The notes below the pieces were generated by a model, which worked only from the letters and a program-made list of their open reading frames with translations, was not told the DNA's origin and searched no databases. The position numbers and the translations under genes were made by a program. Positions 1 to 11,964 of a DNA stretch of 64,000 nt are shown here, piece by piece; position 1 is the first letter of the stretch, and each line of letters opens with the position of its first letter. Source of the stretch: Octopus bimaculoides (lineage: Eukaryota); assembly GCF_001194135.2 (NCBI RefSeq), contig NC_069000.1, positions 28,526,055 through 28,590,054 of the forward strand, in the 5' to 3' direction.

Positions 1-1384
1 TAGTCTGGCGATTCTACTGATACTTGCACAGGCTTCTGATTACAGCTGGAAGGTGGTCACCATCGTCATCATCATCACCATTAAAGTCTATTTTCCATGC
101 TGGCATGGCACATATATGTTCATTTGTGTATATATGTGTAAACAGACTGCTGAATATTTGTGTTTACAGATAGAAGTAATTAGAAAAGAGTGTGAATATT
201 TTATCAAAAGCTGAAGATTTTTGAACTGTAACTATTAGTTTCACATTTTGGATTGTGAAACCAGATTCTTCAGCACTTAGCAGTTCAAAGTGATATTATA
301 AAAGCTGTCCCTCTTACTGTTTATTAAAACTGCCATGATCATCATGGCCACTACCATTATAGGTTTAAAATTTTAGCACAATGCCAGCAATTTTGGGGGA
401 GAGGTTAAATCAATTACATTGACTCCAGTGTTCAACTGGTACTTATATTCTACAACAATGCATTATATATGCATGTGTGTGTGTGAGAGAGGGGGAGGGA
501 GGGAGAGAGAGAGAACGAGGGAGGGAGGGAGAGAGAATGAGGGAGGGAGGGAGAGAGGAAGAGAAAGAGAGTGTGTATGTGTTGCAATATGTTTTTTTTT
601 TGCATAGTCATGTAATGAAATTCCTTGTTTTACAAGTTAACTTAAAATGTTTTGGAGGTTTATCTGAAGTTCTTTTGTGTGTATATTTCTTTATCACACA
701 TGTTAGGGGGTGGTGGCAGAGCTGCAGAGGGAGGGGGAAGCAAGGGAAAAGGAGGGTATATGATGGAAATGGGGGGAATAGTGAAAAAGGAAGGGGAGAG
801 GGAGAGAGGGAATCTTTCATTCTAAAGTAACATAGAACCTATTAAGTTGGGTACCAGATATATTTGTTATATAATCATGCAAATAAACTCCTGCTGTATA
901 AACAAATAAACAATATTATTTATCTTTTGTTCTTGACATTTTATATTTATTTCAGATATCTTGCTTCCTTCTTGAGAGAGAGAGAGAGAGAGAGAAGGGA
1001 TGGTAGAGAGAGGATGGGGAGAAAAAGAGAAGGTGTGAGAGAAAGCAGTGGGGTCAGTGGGGATCTGTTTGGTCCCATGAGGCAGCTCGGGGTTTGACTT
1101 CAGATAGGAATTATATCATAAAAAAACTCAACCATTGCTAACAACATCTGCCTGACAACATCGACAGAGGCACAGTTTTAGTGTGATGACAACAATGATA
1201 ACCATGATCTTGATGATGATGAGGATGAGGAGGAGGAGGTGGAGGTGGAGGAAAGCATTTTGAACTAGTGAGGTAGGGGGTAGATAAACATTGTCACTTG
1301 AACAACTAAATACTGCAATCAAATTCGCACTCAATAAATGACTGGCAGTTTCTACAAAAAAAAAAAAAAAAAAAATCAGTCAAA

Positions 1385-1655
1385 TGGAAATTGTAGTTGT
1401 GACCAATGCCAGTGCTGTCTGACTGGCTCTCGTGCTGGTGGCATGCAATAAGCATCATTCATGTGTGGGTCATTGCCAGTGTCACCTGACTGGCTCCCTG
1501 TGCTGGTGGAACATAAAAAGCACCATCTGAACATGGCCAATGCCAGTGCCACCTAACTGGCTCCCATGCTGGTGGCATGTAAAAAGCATCCACTACACTC
1601 TCAGAGTGGTTGGCGTTAGGAAGGGCATCCAGCTGTAGAAACATTGCCAGATCAA
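1385..1655 (+). mobile_element. 3' UTR fragment of the abundant RTE-type LINE (modular about 70-bp units plus CACTACACTCTC..GTGGTTGGCGTTAGGAAGGGCATCCAGCTGTAGAAAC core)
   Basis: Same core sequence follows the RT relic at 33040-34310; three internal units of the type ccagtg..ctgactggctc..gtgctggtggca. Confidence 0.8.
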
Positions 1656-1817
1656 GTGGTGGTATGATGTCAACTTAATGTGACAGTCCCATGAAAGGGA
1701 AGAATACTACTGCTATTGAGCCCTAAGAAGCACTGCTTCCTGTCGGCCTTGACACATTTCTTGTGTCCTTATGTTTACAAAGGGGGAGATAAGCACCTTC
1801 ACCCAGCAAAGCCAGCA

Positions 1818-1860
1818 TCCAGAGACTAGTTTCTGAGTCATTGCTCGTCATCAGTCTGGA
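1818..1860 (-). ncRNA. Minimal type-I hammerhead ribozyme motif
   Basis: Minus strand TCCAGA-CTGATGA-C-GAG-CAATGA-CTC-A-GAAA-CTAG-TC-TCTGGA: 6-bp stem I, intact CUGAUGA/GAAA/UC core, 3-bp stem II with a C.A mismatch at its base, palindromic ACTAGT stem III. Confidence 0.75.
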
Positions 1861-2199
1861 GTAGCATGGCTTGCTAGCTGAATTTTTTATTAATACAATA
1901 ATGTCACATATAGATGATACAGCACAGGACAATACATACAAATGAAGTTAATGCGAGTTCGAATGAACCTTAGTTAAAAATTTTTATGAAAAGATGAATT
2001 TTATATTATATAGTCTTTTTTTTTCCCTTTTGGGAAGGGGATTATGCCCGGTTGCCTAAAAGGCCCAGCCGCTACACCTTTCCTTCCTTTTTTTCTCCCA
2101 ATGCAGATTAAGTAGGGTTACTAGTACCCACCTTTCTTAACACAGCCTTCCATCTTTCCTCAAACACACTTCGCAACAAGATTCTCTTCTCCAGCCCTA

Positions 2200-5100
2200 T
2201 CTTCAGGTGATATCTGAAGTATTGTAGCAAACCAGGGCCAGAGATGAAGGATCCCATCATGAGTCCTTGCATTCTAGTCTTTCACACATTCTTTCAGCAC
2301 AGCAACTGTGCAGAAAAAAACATACCTCACCTTCCTTCAAGAGTCCAGTTGGTGGTACAATCTTTATTATAGATTCAGCTAATAGCTGTACTCCTCCCAG
2401 ATGTGACAACACGTGTTCAACATAAATCATCAAGCCTGACAGCCCCCGACAATGTACAAAAGCATGCTGGACGGTTTCATCGTCCAGCCCACATCTTGGA
2501 CATGTTGTTGGCACTGACATTCCATGCCTGGATAACTTATCTCAAACAGGTAAAACGTTCCTGTAGCACTGCCAGGTCAGGGATTTTTGGTAATTATCCA
2601 AATACCCTAACCTGAAAGTTTTTTGGAACAGGTTGGTAAGCTGGTTCTCATCAAACCCCAGAGCCCCTCCTAGGGCATCATCGTTTTTATGCTCTACCAG
2701 CTCTCTATACAAAACCAAAGTGGTATTCTCACTGCCAGCTTTGCCCACCTTGTGGATAAGCATGAGTGCCTGTCAGCACTCCTTTTACTATTCGGTCAGA
2801 TTATGTCTTTTTATGAAACATGGTTTAAATTTCTCCAAGGAAGCTAGTCGTGGAAAGAATTCCTTTGCCAGCGGATTCCACACCTTATCACCTTCCAGGT
2901 AGTGTCAGAGATGCCTCAGCCTCAATGCATGTCTACGCATCATCAACAGCAGAGCGCCTCACAAGTGGCTTTCCTCCCTTCCACAATACATGGAAGATGA
3001 GTCGCTCCAATTTGTTCAGCCATGAGAAAGGGCAACGGACAATGGTCAGGTGGTAGGTGATGACAGATGCAATAAACACTTGTACCACCTGAAAGGAAGG
3101 GGGAGGTGGTACAGAGACCTTCCAGACCAGGGCCTCCACTCTGTCTGCCACGTCGCTCCAATTCTTTTCTGTCCATTCCAAACCAAACTCCAAGCAACTT
3201 AACAGGACCATCTGTCCAGTGACCCATGACACTGGACGATATTGACTTGCTCCTCCAGGTGCCGAGGCACAAGCCGATGGACTTGTCCTTGTTAACTTTG
3301 CCCCTGCCACTGCCTCGTATCCTCTGATAGCCTCTTCTACACGGGGAGCTGAGCCTCATTGGACATGATGATGGTAACGTCATCTGCGTAAGCAGAGACC
3401 GACTTACTGCAACCAATTTCATTGGGGGTGTCCCCCAAATTCTCCAACTTCTGCAGTAATGGCTCAAGAGCCAACACATACAGAAGTGGAGACAGGGGAC
3501 ACCTTTGATGAACTGAAAACTTGATTGAAAACGGCTCCGACAGGTAGCTGTTTATTTGGACTGTGGATTTGATGCCGTTATACATGGCAGAGATTAAACC
3601 ACAGAAGTCAGGCCCAGCCCAGCTGCTTTGAGGACTACCACCAGGTATTGGTGGTCTACCCTATCAAATGCTTTACTTTCGTCTAAATGGGCCAGTGCCC
3701 CACCTTTGCTGGTTAATTTACCCAACCTGTCTAAGATGTCGTGGATGAGGTGAAGATTGTCTTGGATCGACCTGCTGGGATGGTGCATGTCTGTGCCTTC
3801 CCTACCAGTTTCTCCACAACACACGTCAACCTTTTAGCTAACACCTTGGCCAAAATCTTTAACTCTACATTGTGTAGAGTTATGGGCCTGTAATTATTTA
3901 TAATATACCCCTTGCTTGGGTCCTTTTGGATCAACGTCAGTACTTCCTGACTCACAGAGCAGGGAATCATCCCATTTTGTTGTCAGTTTGTGTAGACGCT
4001 GGCCAGCAGGTCCCAGAACAAGTCCGGCGTGCTATGACAAAACTCATAGGGTAGACTTTTCCCTGGTGCACTCGGGCAACGCCTCTTTGACCTCCGCAGC
4101 TGTAACTGGCCCTTCACAGTACCTTGTCTCCCATGCCGAGAGTTGCGTCCCGCTGGCGATGAATTCCTTTAGGGACTTTCCACATTCTAGAGTGTCGCCC
4201 TGCCCAAACAACTGTGCAAAATGTCGATGAAAAGCCTTTTGCATCTCATCCTGTCCATAGATATTGCACCCGTTTGTCTATTAAAGACTTTATAGAGGCA
4301 TTTTTACCTCTCTGACTCTCCACACGACGTGGCCATCCGGCAATGTTAATACCTTCTCGTCCCACTGCATGTAGCTTAGCTCTAACTCTGCAGACTTCAT
4401 GTTTAGCGTTGAGGTGACAGTACAAGATTGTTTTTGCTGCCTGCATTCTAGATGCAGAGCCAGATTCAAAGGCCTCATCTAGGTTCTTAACTAAGTTACC
4501 CTCTATTCTAGATCTATCTAAACTTAGCTGATTGCTAAATCTAATAGACTCTAAACGGATGGCTCTCTTGAGGGCATGTCACCATCTATTATTAATGTTG
4601 GCACCACATAGTGCCCTTTGTACTAACTCCTTAATCTGGGCACGGAAGGCTTTAGAAGTCAAAATAGACTTGTTCATCTTCCAGTATCCAGGTCCCTGTC
4701 TGTGACATTTATCTATGTGTACTGCACACATCACAAATTTGTGATCGTGTAAGGTGCAATACAAAATTGTGGAGTACTAAAAGTATCCCTATCTCTATCT
4801 CTTACGAATACTCTATCTAAATAAGATCTGCATGAGCTGTCGTTATAACTCCATGTCCACTGTGGAACGAACGGCTTATCAAGTCTGTACCGGTCTACTA
4901 GATTATAGCTGTCTAATAGACCCTTGAGGCCAGGGTTTCCCTTCCTATCAGTCAAACCAACACTATCCACCCATGCATCGAGGATAGTGTTAAAATTGCC
5001 TAACAGAACTATTGTTTTTGACATCATTAGAAAGTGCTCCTGGTCTTGATAAAAACCCGACTGCCTACCCTCCTTAGGAGCGTAGACAGCTACCAACCTG

Positions 5101-5407
5101 AAGGACTGTTTACTCACATGGGTCACATCTAGGACAACGAGCCTACCTTCTTGGTCCAGAAAAACTGTACTTACCTGTATGTACAAGTTCTTCCTGAATA
5201 AGACCGCCACGCCCCCCCTCCTTGTCAGCTAGAAATAAATTTCTCATAGTCATTCAAGAGAGGCGAGAACGCTTGTGGTCCACTCATCTTGGACTCAGTT
5301 ACGATGCATACATCTATATCATGTGATCTGAGGTCGTGCAGGAAACAAGCTTGTTTCCATTTCAACCCCAGACCACGCACATTCATGCACCCTAACTTAA
5401 TCGACAT
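2200..5407 (-). pseudogene. LINE ORF2 (APE endonuclease + reverse transcriptase + CCHC zinc finger), broken by stops and frameshifts
   Basis: MSIKLGCMNVRGL (APE start), LLGNFNTILD, SYLDRVF, NNYRPITLHNVELKILAKVLAKRL, LDESKAFDRVDH, VHQRCPLSPLLY, YADD, CPRCGLDDETVQHAFVHC across consecutive ORF fragments. Confidence 0.92.
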
Positions 5408-5439
5408 GGTACAAAAATTTTGAAAAGGAGTACTTATAG

Positions 5440-6812
5440 TTTGAGTTTGGGGAGGGGCTGCACAAATCTGTCTTCTTCCCCATCCTTCTCTTTACTTGGT
5501 GTAGCTGCTGGGCTTTTTCTAGGTGTGGCGGCCGGGCTTACAATTAGCTTCACCTCAGAGCTGACATCTCTTATATCTTCTGAATAGCGAGATTATATCT
5601 TATATCTTATATCTTCTGAATAGCGAAAAAAGTTTCCCATCCATTTTTGCAAATCTCACCTCTTTTTGTGTCTTTGATTTACTTATACACTCTCGTCCTG
5701 TGATGGTGCTTGATGACTGTTGCTAATGGTTTGTTTTTCTCACTAAACATTGCAATATTTTCTTGTATTTTAGGGAGAGGTTTGGCAAATGGTTTTACTA
5801 TGGGGTTGGATTGGGGAGTTTGGTTCTGTGTGTTTGCTGTTGTTGCTTTTTTTGTTTTGGAGGGGAGTCGGGAACGTGTTTTTTTCTTTTTGTGAGTGAT
5901 TGTAGTGAAGTCCATTTCTTCGTTTTCATTATCTAACTGTGTCTTCTTTGATTTCCACTTTGTCTTTCTTTTTGTGCTTTCTTCTTTGTTTTTTTTCTCC
6001 CTTTGTAGTGGTCTTTTCTGTTTTCTCATTCGTGGCTTTTTGGGGAGGGACCAATTGGAATGGACATAGCCCTTCTCTCCACATCTGAAGCATCTGGGCC
6101 TACGTCTTTCCACTGCTACCCGCATGAATAGCCCCTTACCTACAAACACCCTACTGGGCAAATTTTTGAGGGTCACATTGGCTACTTGAATGACCATTTC
6201 TAATGATTGTCCTCACCAGTTCACTGCCTCCTTTTTCTTCATTTGCAAAACCAAAATCTCTTCTACATCGTACATGACTGCAGCTGCTACCCACATTATC
6301 TCATACTCTACTGGGATTTCATCAACTGTTATTTTTATGATCCTGCAACCCAAGTAAGTGGGTAGCAGCATTATCTTGTCATTCTTTAACGTTTGTGTTG
6401 ACACTTCCTTTGCTTCGCTAGCCAACTCGAACTGTGCCTCGATAATAGCACTTCTCACCCCTCGACTAATATAGTGAACTTTATGCCATACTGGCACCAT
6501 ACATTTCTCTACTGTTTCATTTTTAACATCCATTATTCTTTTCTCTTTGATGTTATATATCTTGTATATAACTGTTTTGGCATTAATGACCTGTGCTGTC
6601 TCTGGGGGCAGCAACAACTTTGTATCCGCTCCCCTTTTTTTTATCAGATTCCTGAACTTAAAAAGTTGTTCCATGGTGACTTCAAGCTCAGTCATGTTGC
6701 CACCCACCACAGCTGAAAAACTTTGTTTCTTCCTGGTATCCTCATTATTAACAGTCAGATTTCCTTTTCCCATCTCAGGAAAATCCTTCTTAGAAGAGAT
6801 GTTAAATTCCAT
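5440..6812 (-). pseudogene. LINE ORF1 (gag-like nucleic-acid-binding protein with degenerate CCHC knuckle)
   Basis: ORFs 6213-6812 and 5679-6197; RRPRCFRCGEKGYVHSNW knuckle-like motif then a basic K/R-rich tail; directly upstream of the endonuclease ATG. Confidence 0.8.
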
Positions 6813-7657
6813 AACGAATTTACCACAAACTTGTCAAAATAACACAAAAATTTTCAGAATAAATTACCTGTAATGGGTTTAAAAAAAAACAAACATTTTC
6901 ACAATAAATTTTCGAATAGAGAACAGAAATTTTCCACCCCAAAGGGCGAAAGTTACTGTTTGTCAAAAGACAACAGTTCACATCCAGTCAAGATTTTTCA
7001 CAATAACACAAATAAACAAGGAACAGACAGAAATGAACTCACATAACATAGGGTAGCAAAAATGAAGATATCGATGGATCGCAGAATAAAAAGGCATGGC
7101 ATGCTAGCTGAATTCTTTACTACAGGCACAAGGCCTAAACACAGCTGGGACATACACAGACATGCGGGAACCAAAGACACATGAAAGGATGAATGTAAAA
7201 TGAATTAAATTACAATGAAAATGAGACTGCCGTCTTGGTCCCGCTCTGAGATGAAACTGCGATCTCCTTGTTTTCTTTTTTAACCGTACATTTTAATTAA
7301 CAATTTCCAGCCCCGCTCCTAGGCAAAACTGCAACTTCCCTTTTCTTTTCTACCTTACATTTTAAAGAAAATATTTTAACGACTGTTCATTCAATAGTTA
7401 CAGGATTTACTTATTTTCCTTTTTTTTTTTAAAACAAAAAATTAAACCAAATGTTTTTCTCAGTCTTTCACAGTCTTTAAAATAAATCACGACTTACACT
7501 TCATCTTCTCCTTTTCTTCCACATAATTCACCACCGAGGCGCGAGGTTCAACATCTACTTCCAGCCCCAGTGGATTGTATCTGTGTGTCTGTATGTTTGT
7601 GCATTTGTGTGTTTGTTTCACTGTAATTCTGCGTGTTTCGTCTGTGTGTCTATCTTT

Positions 7658-8330
7658 TTAGGTTTCTGTGATTCTAAGATATCTTGTATCTCTTTGTCTA
7701 TATTTCTGTGCGTTTGTATGTCTGTGTGTTTGAGTGTCTGAATGTTTTTGTACTTGTAACTCCTTTACTGGTGATTCTACTGGTGAATCTTCCCCGTTTC
7801 TCATCATAGGTTGGATAGCCTCTTCCATTGCTTTGTACTTCTTCAGTTCCACTATCTTTGGTGACTTCCTTCTCTCTCTTTTTCTTGCTTTCACCTCTGC
7901 AAAATTCCCGTTTTGTTCTCTTATCTGTTTCTGCTGTTTCTCCACCATTATATTCTCCTGAATACTCTCCTTTACAATTTCCACTGCTGCTCTAGGGCAT
8001 TTCTTTCTCAAGTGCTCTGTTTCACCACATTCATAACACTTTNNNNNNNNNNNNNNNNNNNNNNNNNNNNNNNNNNNNNNNNNNNNNNNNNNNNNNNNNN
8101 NNNNNNNNNNNNNNNNNNNNNNNNNNNNNNNNNNNNNNNNNNNNNNNNNNNNNNNNNNNNNNNNNNNNNNNNNNNNNNNNNNNNNNNNNNNNNNNNNNNN
8201 NNNNNNNNNNNNNNNNNNNNNNNNNNNNNNNNNNNNNNNNNNNNNNNNCTTATCTCCGAAAAACAAAATTGCTGCTATTATCCACTCTGGATCTTTTGAT
8301 GGTGGGTTTCTTCCCACCCTAATTCTGACA
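7658..8330 (-). pseudogene. Second Tx1/L1-type ORF1 fragment with intact CX2CX4HX4C knuckle, interrupted by an assembly gap
   Basis: KCYECGETEHLRKKC; PPSKDPEWIIAAILF resembles IPVEYEIMWVAAAVM in the ORF1 at 6213-6812. Confidence 0.7.
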
Positions 8331-8407
8331 ATTCATTTATTCAAACAGTTTGGCATCAATATCCCATTAAATGATGATTGATATATATATATATATATAT
8401 ATATATA

Positions 8408-8720
8408 TCATCATCATCATCCTTTAACGTCTGCTTTCCATGGGCTGGATGGTTTGACTGAGGCCTGGCAAAGTTTCTACAGCTGGATGCCCTTCCTAAT
8501 GCCAACCACTCCGAAAGTGTAGTGGGTACTTTTACGTGCCAGTCATGCGGTACTGGCATCGGCCACGCTCAAATGGTGCTTTTTATGTGCCACCTGCACA
8601 GGAGCTAGTCCAGTGGCACTGGCAACAACCATGCTCGAAAGGTGCTTTTTTTACGTGCCACCGGCACGGGAGCCAGTCAGTTGTCCAGGCAACGATTACG
8701 CATGAATGGTGCTTTTAACA
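8408..8720 (-). mobile_element. RTE-type LINE 3' UTR fragment with (GAT)n tail
   Basis: Reverse complement of the 33945-34310 3' end; begins with catcatcatc..tttaacgtctgctttccatg. Confidence 0.8.
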
Positions 8721-9039
8721 TTCCAGTGGCATGTGTCCATAGCTTATATATATAACCTGAGGACAATCCAGGACATCATCTTATTAGTGTTTCATGTAAG
8801 AACACTGTTAGCATAGTATTCAGTTAATTGAATAAAACATCAGGTAAACTCCAATGGATTATAAATGGGGGCACCTTGCAAATCCAAGGTGTAGTCCAAT
8901 AGGCATAAAATATGATTCAGAATGTATAAATTTAATTAAAATGAGGAAAAGATAAATTCAAATTGATGTTATGATCATTTCAATAAATGAACATTTTTTC
9001 ATTCTATACCCCATATATGATGGTTCACCTGTCAAAGAG

Positions 9040-9310
9040 AACATATTAGTGTTCTGCTTTTTGCTGAATGACCTGCGCAAATGATTTGCTTATAGTGATC
9101 AGATGTATATGCTGTACACTAACTCACTTCCTCCATCAAATCGACATTGCTTGAAAAGGTGCATGGTGTTCATCAGGTGATGAAGTGATTGCAGAGCAAT
9201 GAGTGAAGTGTTTTGCTCAAGAACACAACACACCACCTGGTCTAGGAATTGAAGCAATGATCTCGTGATTGTGAGTGCAACATCCTAACCACTAGGCTAT
9301 GCATCCTCAC
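9040..9310 (-). mobile_element. Degenerate tRNA-headed SINE (same family as 12153-12522)
   Basis: ttttgctcaagaacacaac..ggaattgaa..cctaaccactaggc, reverse complement of the SINE head region. Confidence 0.55.
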
Positions 9311-10333
9311 CACATTATAGATATACAATAAATAGAATATAAGTAATATAGACAATAAAATGAAATAGAATTATTATTATTATTATCATCGTTGTTTGGT
9401 CATCTTGTCAGACATCATTTTTTGATACAGTTGACTTAGAAAATAGATACGTGATGCAATATAGATTTATAACACTTCATAGGTGAGTTCTATATAATCC
9501 TTCATGAGTGAAATTCTAAGCATTTGAAATCTCATAAGAATATATGTTAACTGGCCAAAGGAAAATGAAAACATGATTTTATCAGAATTTTCCAAAGTTC
9601 AAAACATATACTAAACCTTACTTATGACACTCCATGAAAACAGATAGACACAACACATTAGTTCATTCAATTTATTCTCCTAAAGGGTCTTTCTTCTATG
9701 AAGATACCAAGCCAGGAGGAGGGATGCAAAAGAAAAAAAATCCTGGAGTAGAGCAAGACATTAGTTAGTACAAGGTTGGTATTTCTGTTCCAATTAGAAA
9801 CTAATCTGTAAACCCCCAACACTCCACTACTAACCATTCCACCACTAACACAACATCCCCCTTACCCAGACTTTTGAATAACCACAGAACAGCCTCAATA
9901 TACAAGTGCACTGGATGACTTTTCCAATTGTTATTTTCAGAACACTGCTTTGACTTGAGTTTCAGAGAAATTAAGTGATTTCTTCATAAACAAAGCAATG
10001 AAATTATATATATATATGTGTACATGTGTATGCACACACACACACACAATATAAATAAATGAAATACAAAATGGGAGTAATATGGAGGAATATTCATTCT
10101 TCTGCACCACCAGTTGAATAGAAAGAGGAAAAACTTTTTCCAAAATGCTTTCAAACATTTCAGGGTTTAAGAACTTCTACCAACAGAGTCTACACACACG
10201 CACACACACAATGATTCTGAGAAAATGTGTGGGAGAGAGTGAATGTGAGTGTGCTGGAGGAGAGAGAGAAAGAGACAGAAAGAAATGAGTGATTCAGAGT
10301 GAAAAAGAAGGAGAGAGGGTGAAGGCAGGCAAG

Positions 10334-10375
<42 letters not shown>

Positions 10376-10470
10376 GAAAATATTATATACATTATACAGG
10401 AAACTGTACAATGCGAGGTCATGGAAACAAGACACTGTATTATATGTGCATGTGTGCAAACACACTCACA

Positions 10471-10547
<77 letters not shown>

Positions 10548-10599
10548 CACACACAAGTATACATGTATCTATCTATCTATCAACCTCCCTACCTACACA

Positions 10600-11065
10600 C
10601 ACGGGGTGTTCCAAAAAGGATACACACACATTGAATGAATATAAATCAGTCTTTATTAAAGTACATTGCATTTTCAAAATTTAATACAATCTACAAACAG
10701 AATTTAAAATGAACACCTGTTTTCAAACTGATACCTGTTCTGGTCCAGGCACAACTGATGTGAAGCAATGGATTTGCTAACATCAAGAAACATTCCATTC
10801 AGTATCGGTACATATTCTTGTTCAATGGCTGCTCACAATTTGTCAACTGCTGCCAGTTTTGTATTGTAAACTTTCTTTTAAGTATCTCCATAAGAGTCTA
10901 GTGGTATGAAATCTGGTGAATACAGAAGATATTCTACTGAAACTCTCTATCCAATGCATCTATTTGGTAAAATCTCATCAAGGTAGGCTTTTACATTAAT
11001 ATGGTAGTGTTGGGGTACTCCATTTTGGTGGAAATCTAAGCATTTTCAAAATCCTTTATCATGGA
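10600..11065 (-). mobile_element. Tc1/mariner-superfamily DNA transposon 3' fragment
   Basis: TIR-like CACGGGGTGTTCCAAAAAGG at 10600; minus-strand relic resembling LW.YLK.KVY.TK.A.V..L.AAIEQECT and a G.QFE-type C-terminus. Confidence 0.65.
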
Positions 11066-11074
11066 CCACTACAT

Positions 11075-11109
<35 letters not shown>

Positions 11110-11110
<1 letters not shown>

Positions 11111-11215
11111 ATCATCATCATCATCATCATCGTTTAACGTCCGCTTTCCATGCTAGCATGGGTTGGACGATTTGACTGAGGACTGGTGAACAGGATGGCT
11201 ACACCAGGCTCCAAT
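11110..11215 (-). mobile_element. RTE-type LINE extreme 3' end
   Basis: (CAT)n then cgtttaacgtccgctttccatgctagcatgggttggacgatttgactgagg. Confidence 0.75.
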
Positions 11216-11964
11216 CTTACATTTATAAAAGTTAATATTTAAGTGTTGGGTATGATCCTGGTAGTATGCCAATAAAGCATGTTCACTGTCAATGGCTATC
11301 TGGTGTCATCCACAGTAATTACACAATTGTTGCTGAATCTACCTCAGGAAATCCTCAGTGTATGTTGCATATAAAAAAAATGACAGAGACCAAAAATGGA
11401 CAGTTTAATAACATCTACTTAACTGCCTATATGAGTGAGTGTGTGTGTACAAAGGACTGAGTGTGCATGTGTGTGTGTGCATATGTATAGAAAGGGCTGA
11501 AAGTGTGGGTATGGAAGTAATTATACCTGGGTACTGACACACTTAAAGTTTTACTTCATTGTATGTCTTATTCTCATGATGATTATCATTTTTCTTAATT
11601 ACTCACTGTCTGTATCTATAAATATGGTAAACAGAAACTAAAAAAAGAATGTGTGTAAGAGTGTTGGGGGTGCACATGCTTGATATCCCTGACCATTAAT
11701 ACAGAAGTTGCAACATTTGACAATGTTCTCAATTCCCTGTTGATAATTAACCCATTCACCTGATGCCTTTGAATTTGTGTGGAATAAGAGACCCCTTACT
11801 TGGAAAAGAGGACAGGGCTAGTGCCAAGAAGGGCCAGAAAGAATATCCAGAAAAATGAACTTAGAAAGAAAGCATTCTGGCAGTAATATAGTTTTGTCTG
11901 AAGGAAATAAGAAGAAGCTTCTATGTAATTGTTCAACCTACCAGGAATAACAGCCAAATCCCTG

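Larger units (their letters stand above)
1885..7093 (-). mobile_element. Probably full-length, decayed L1-superfamily (Tx1-like) non-LTR retrotransposon
   Basis: ORF1 with zinc knuckle followed by APE endonuclease, RT and C-terminal CCHC; AATAAA plus short A-run at the 3' end; flanked by a 21-bp direct repeat (1864-1884 / 7094-7114). Confidence 0.9.

Noticed and set aside
5565-5626. 22-bp direct repeat tcttatatcttctgaatagcga inside the LINE
   Set aside because: Simple post-insertion slippage duplication within decayed ORF1.
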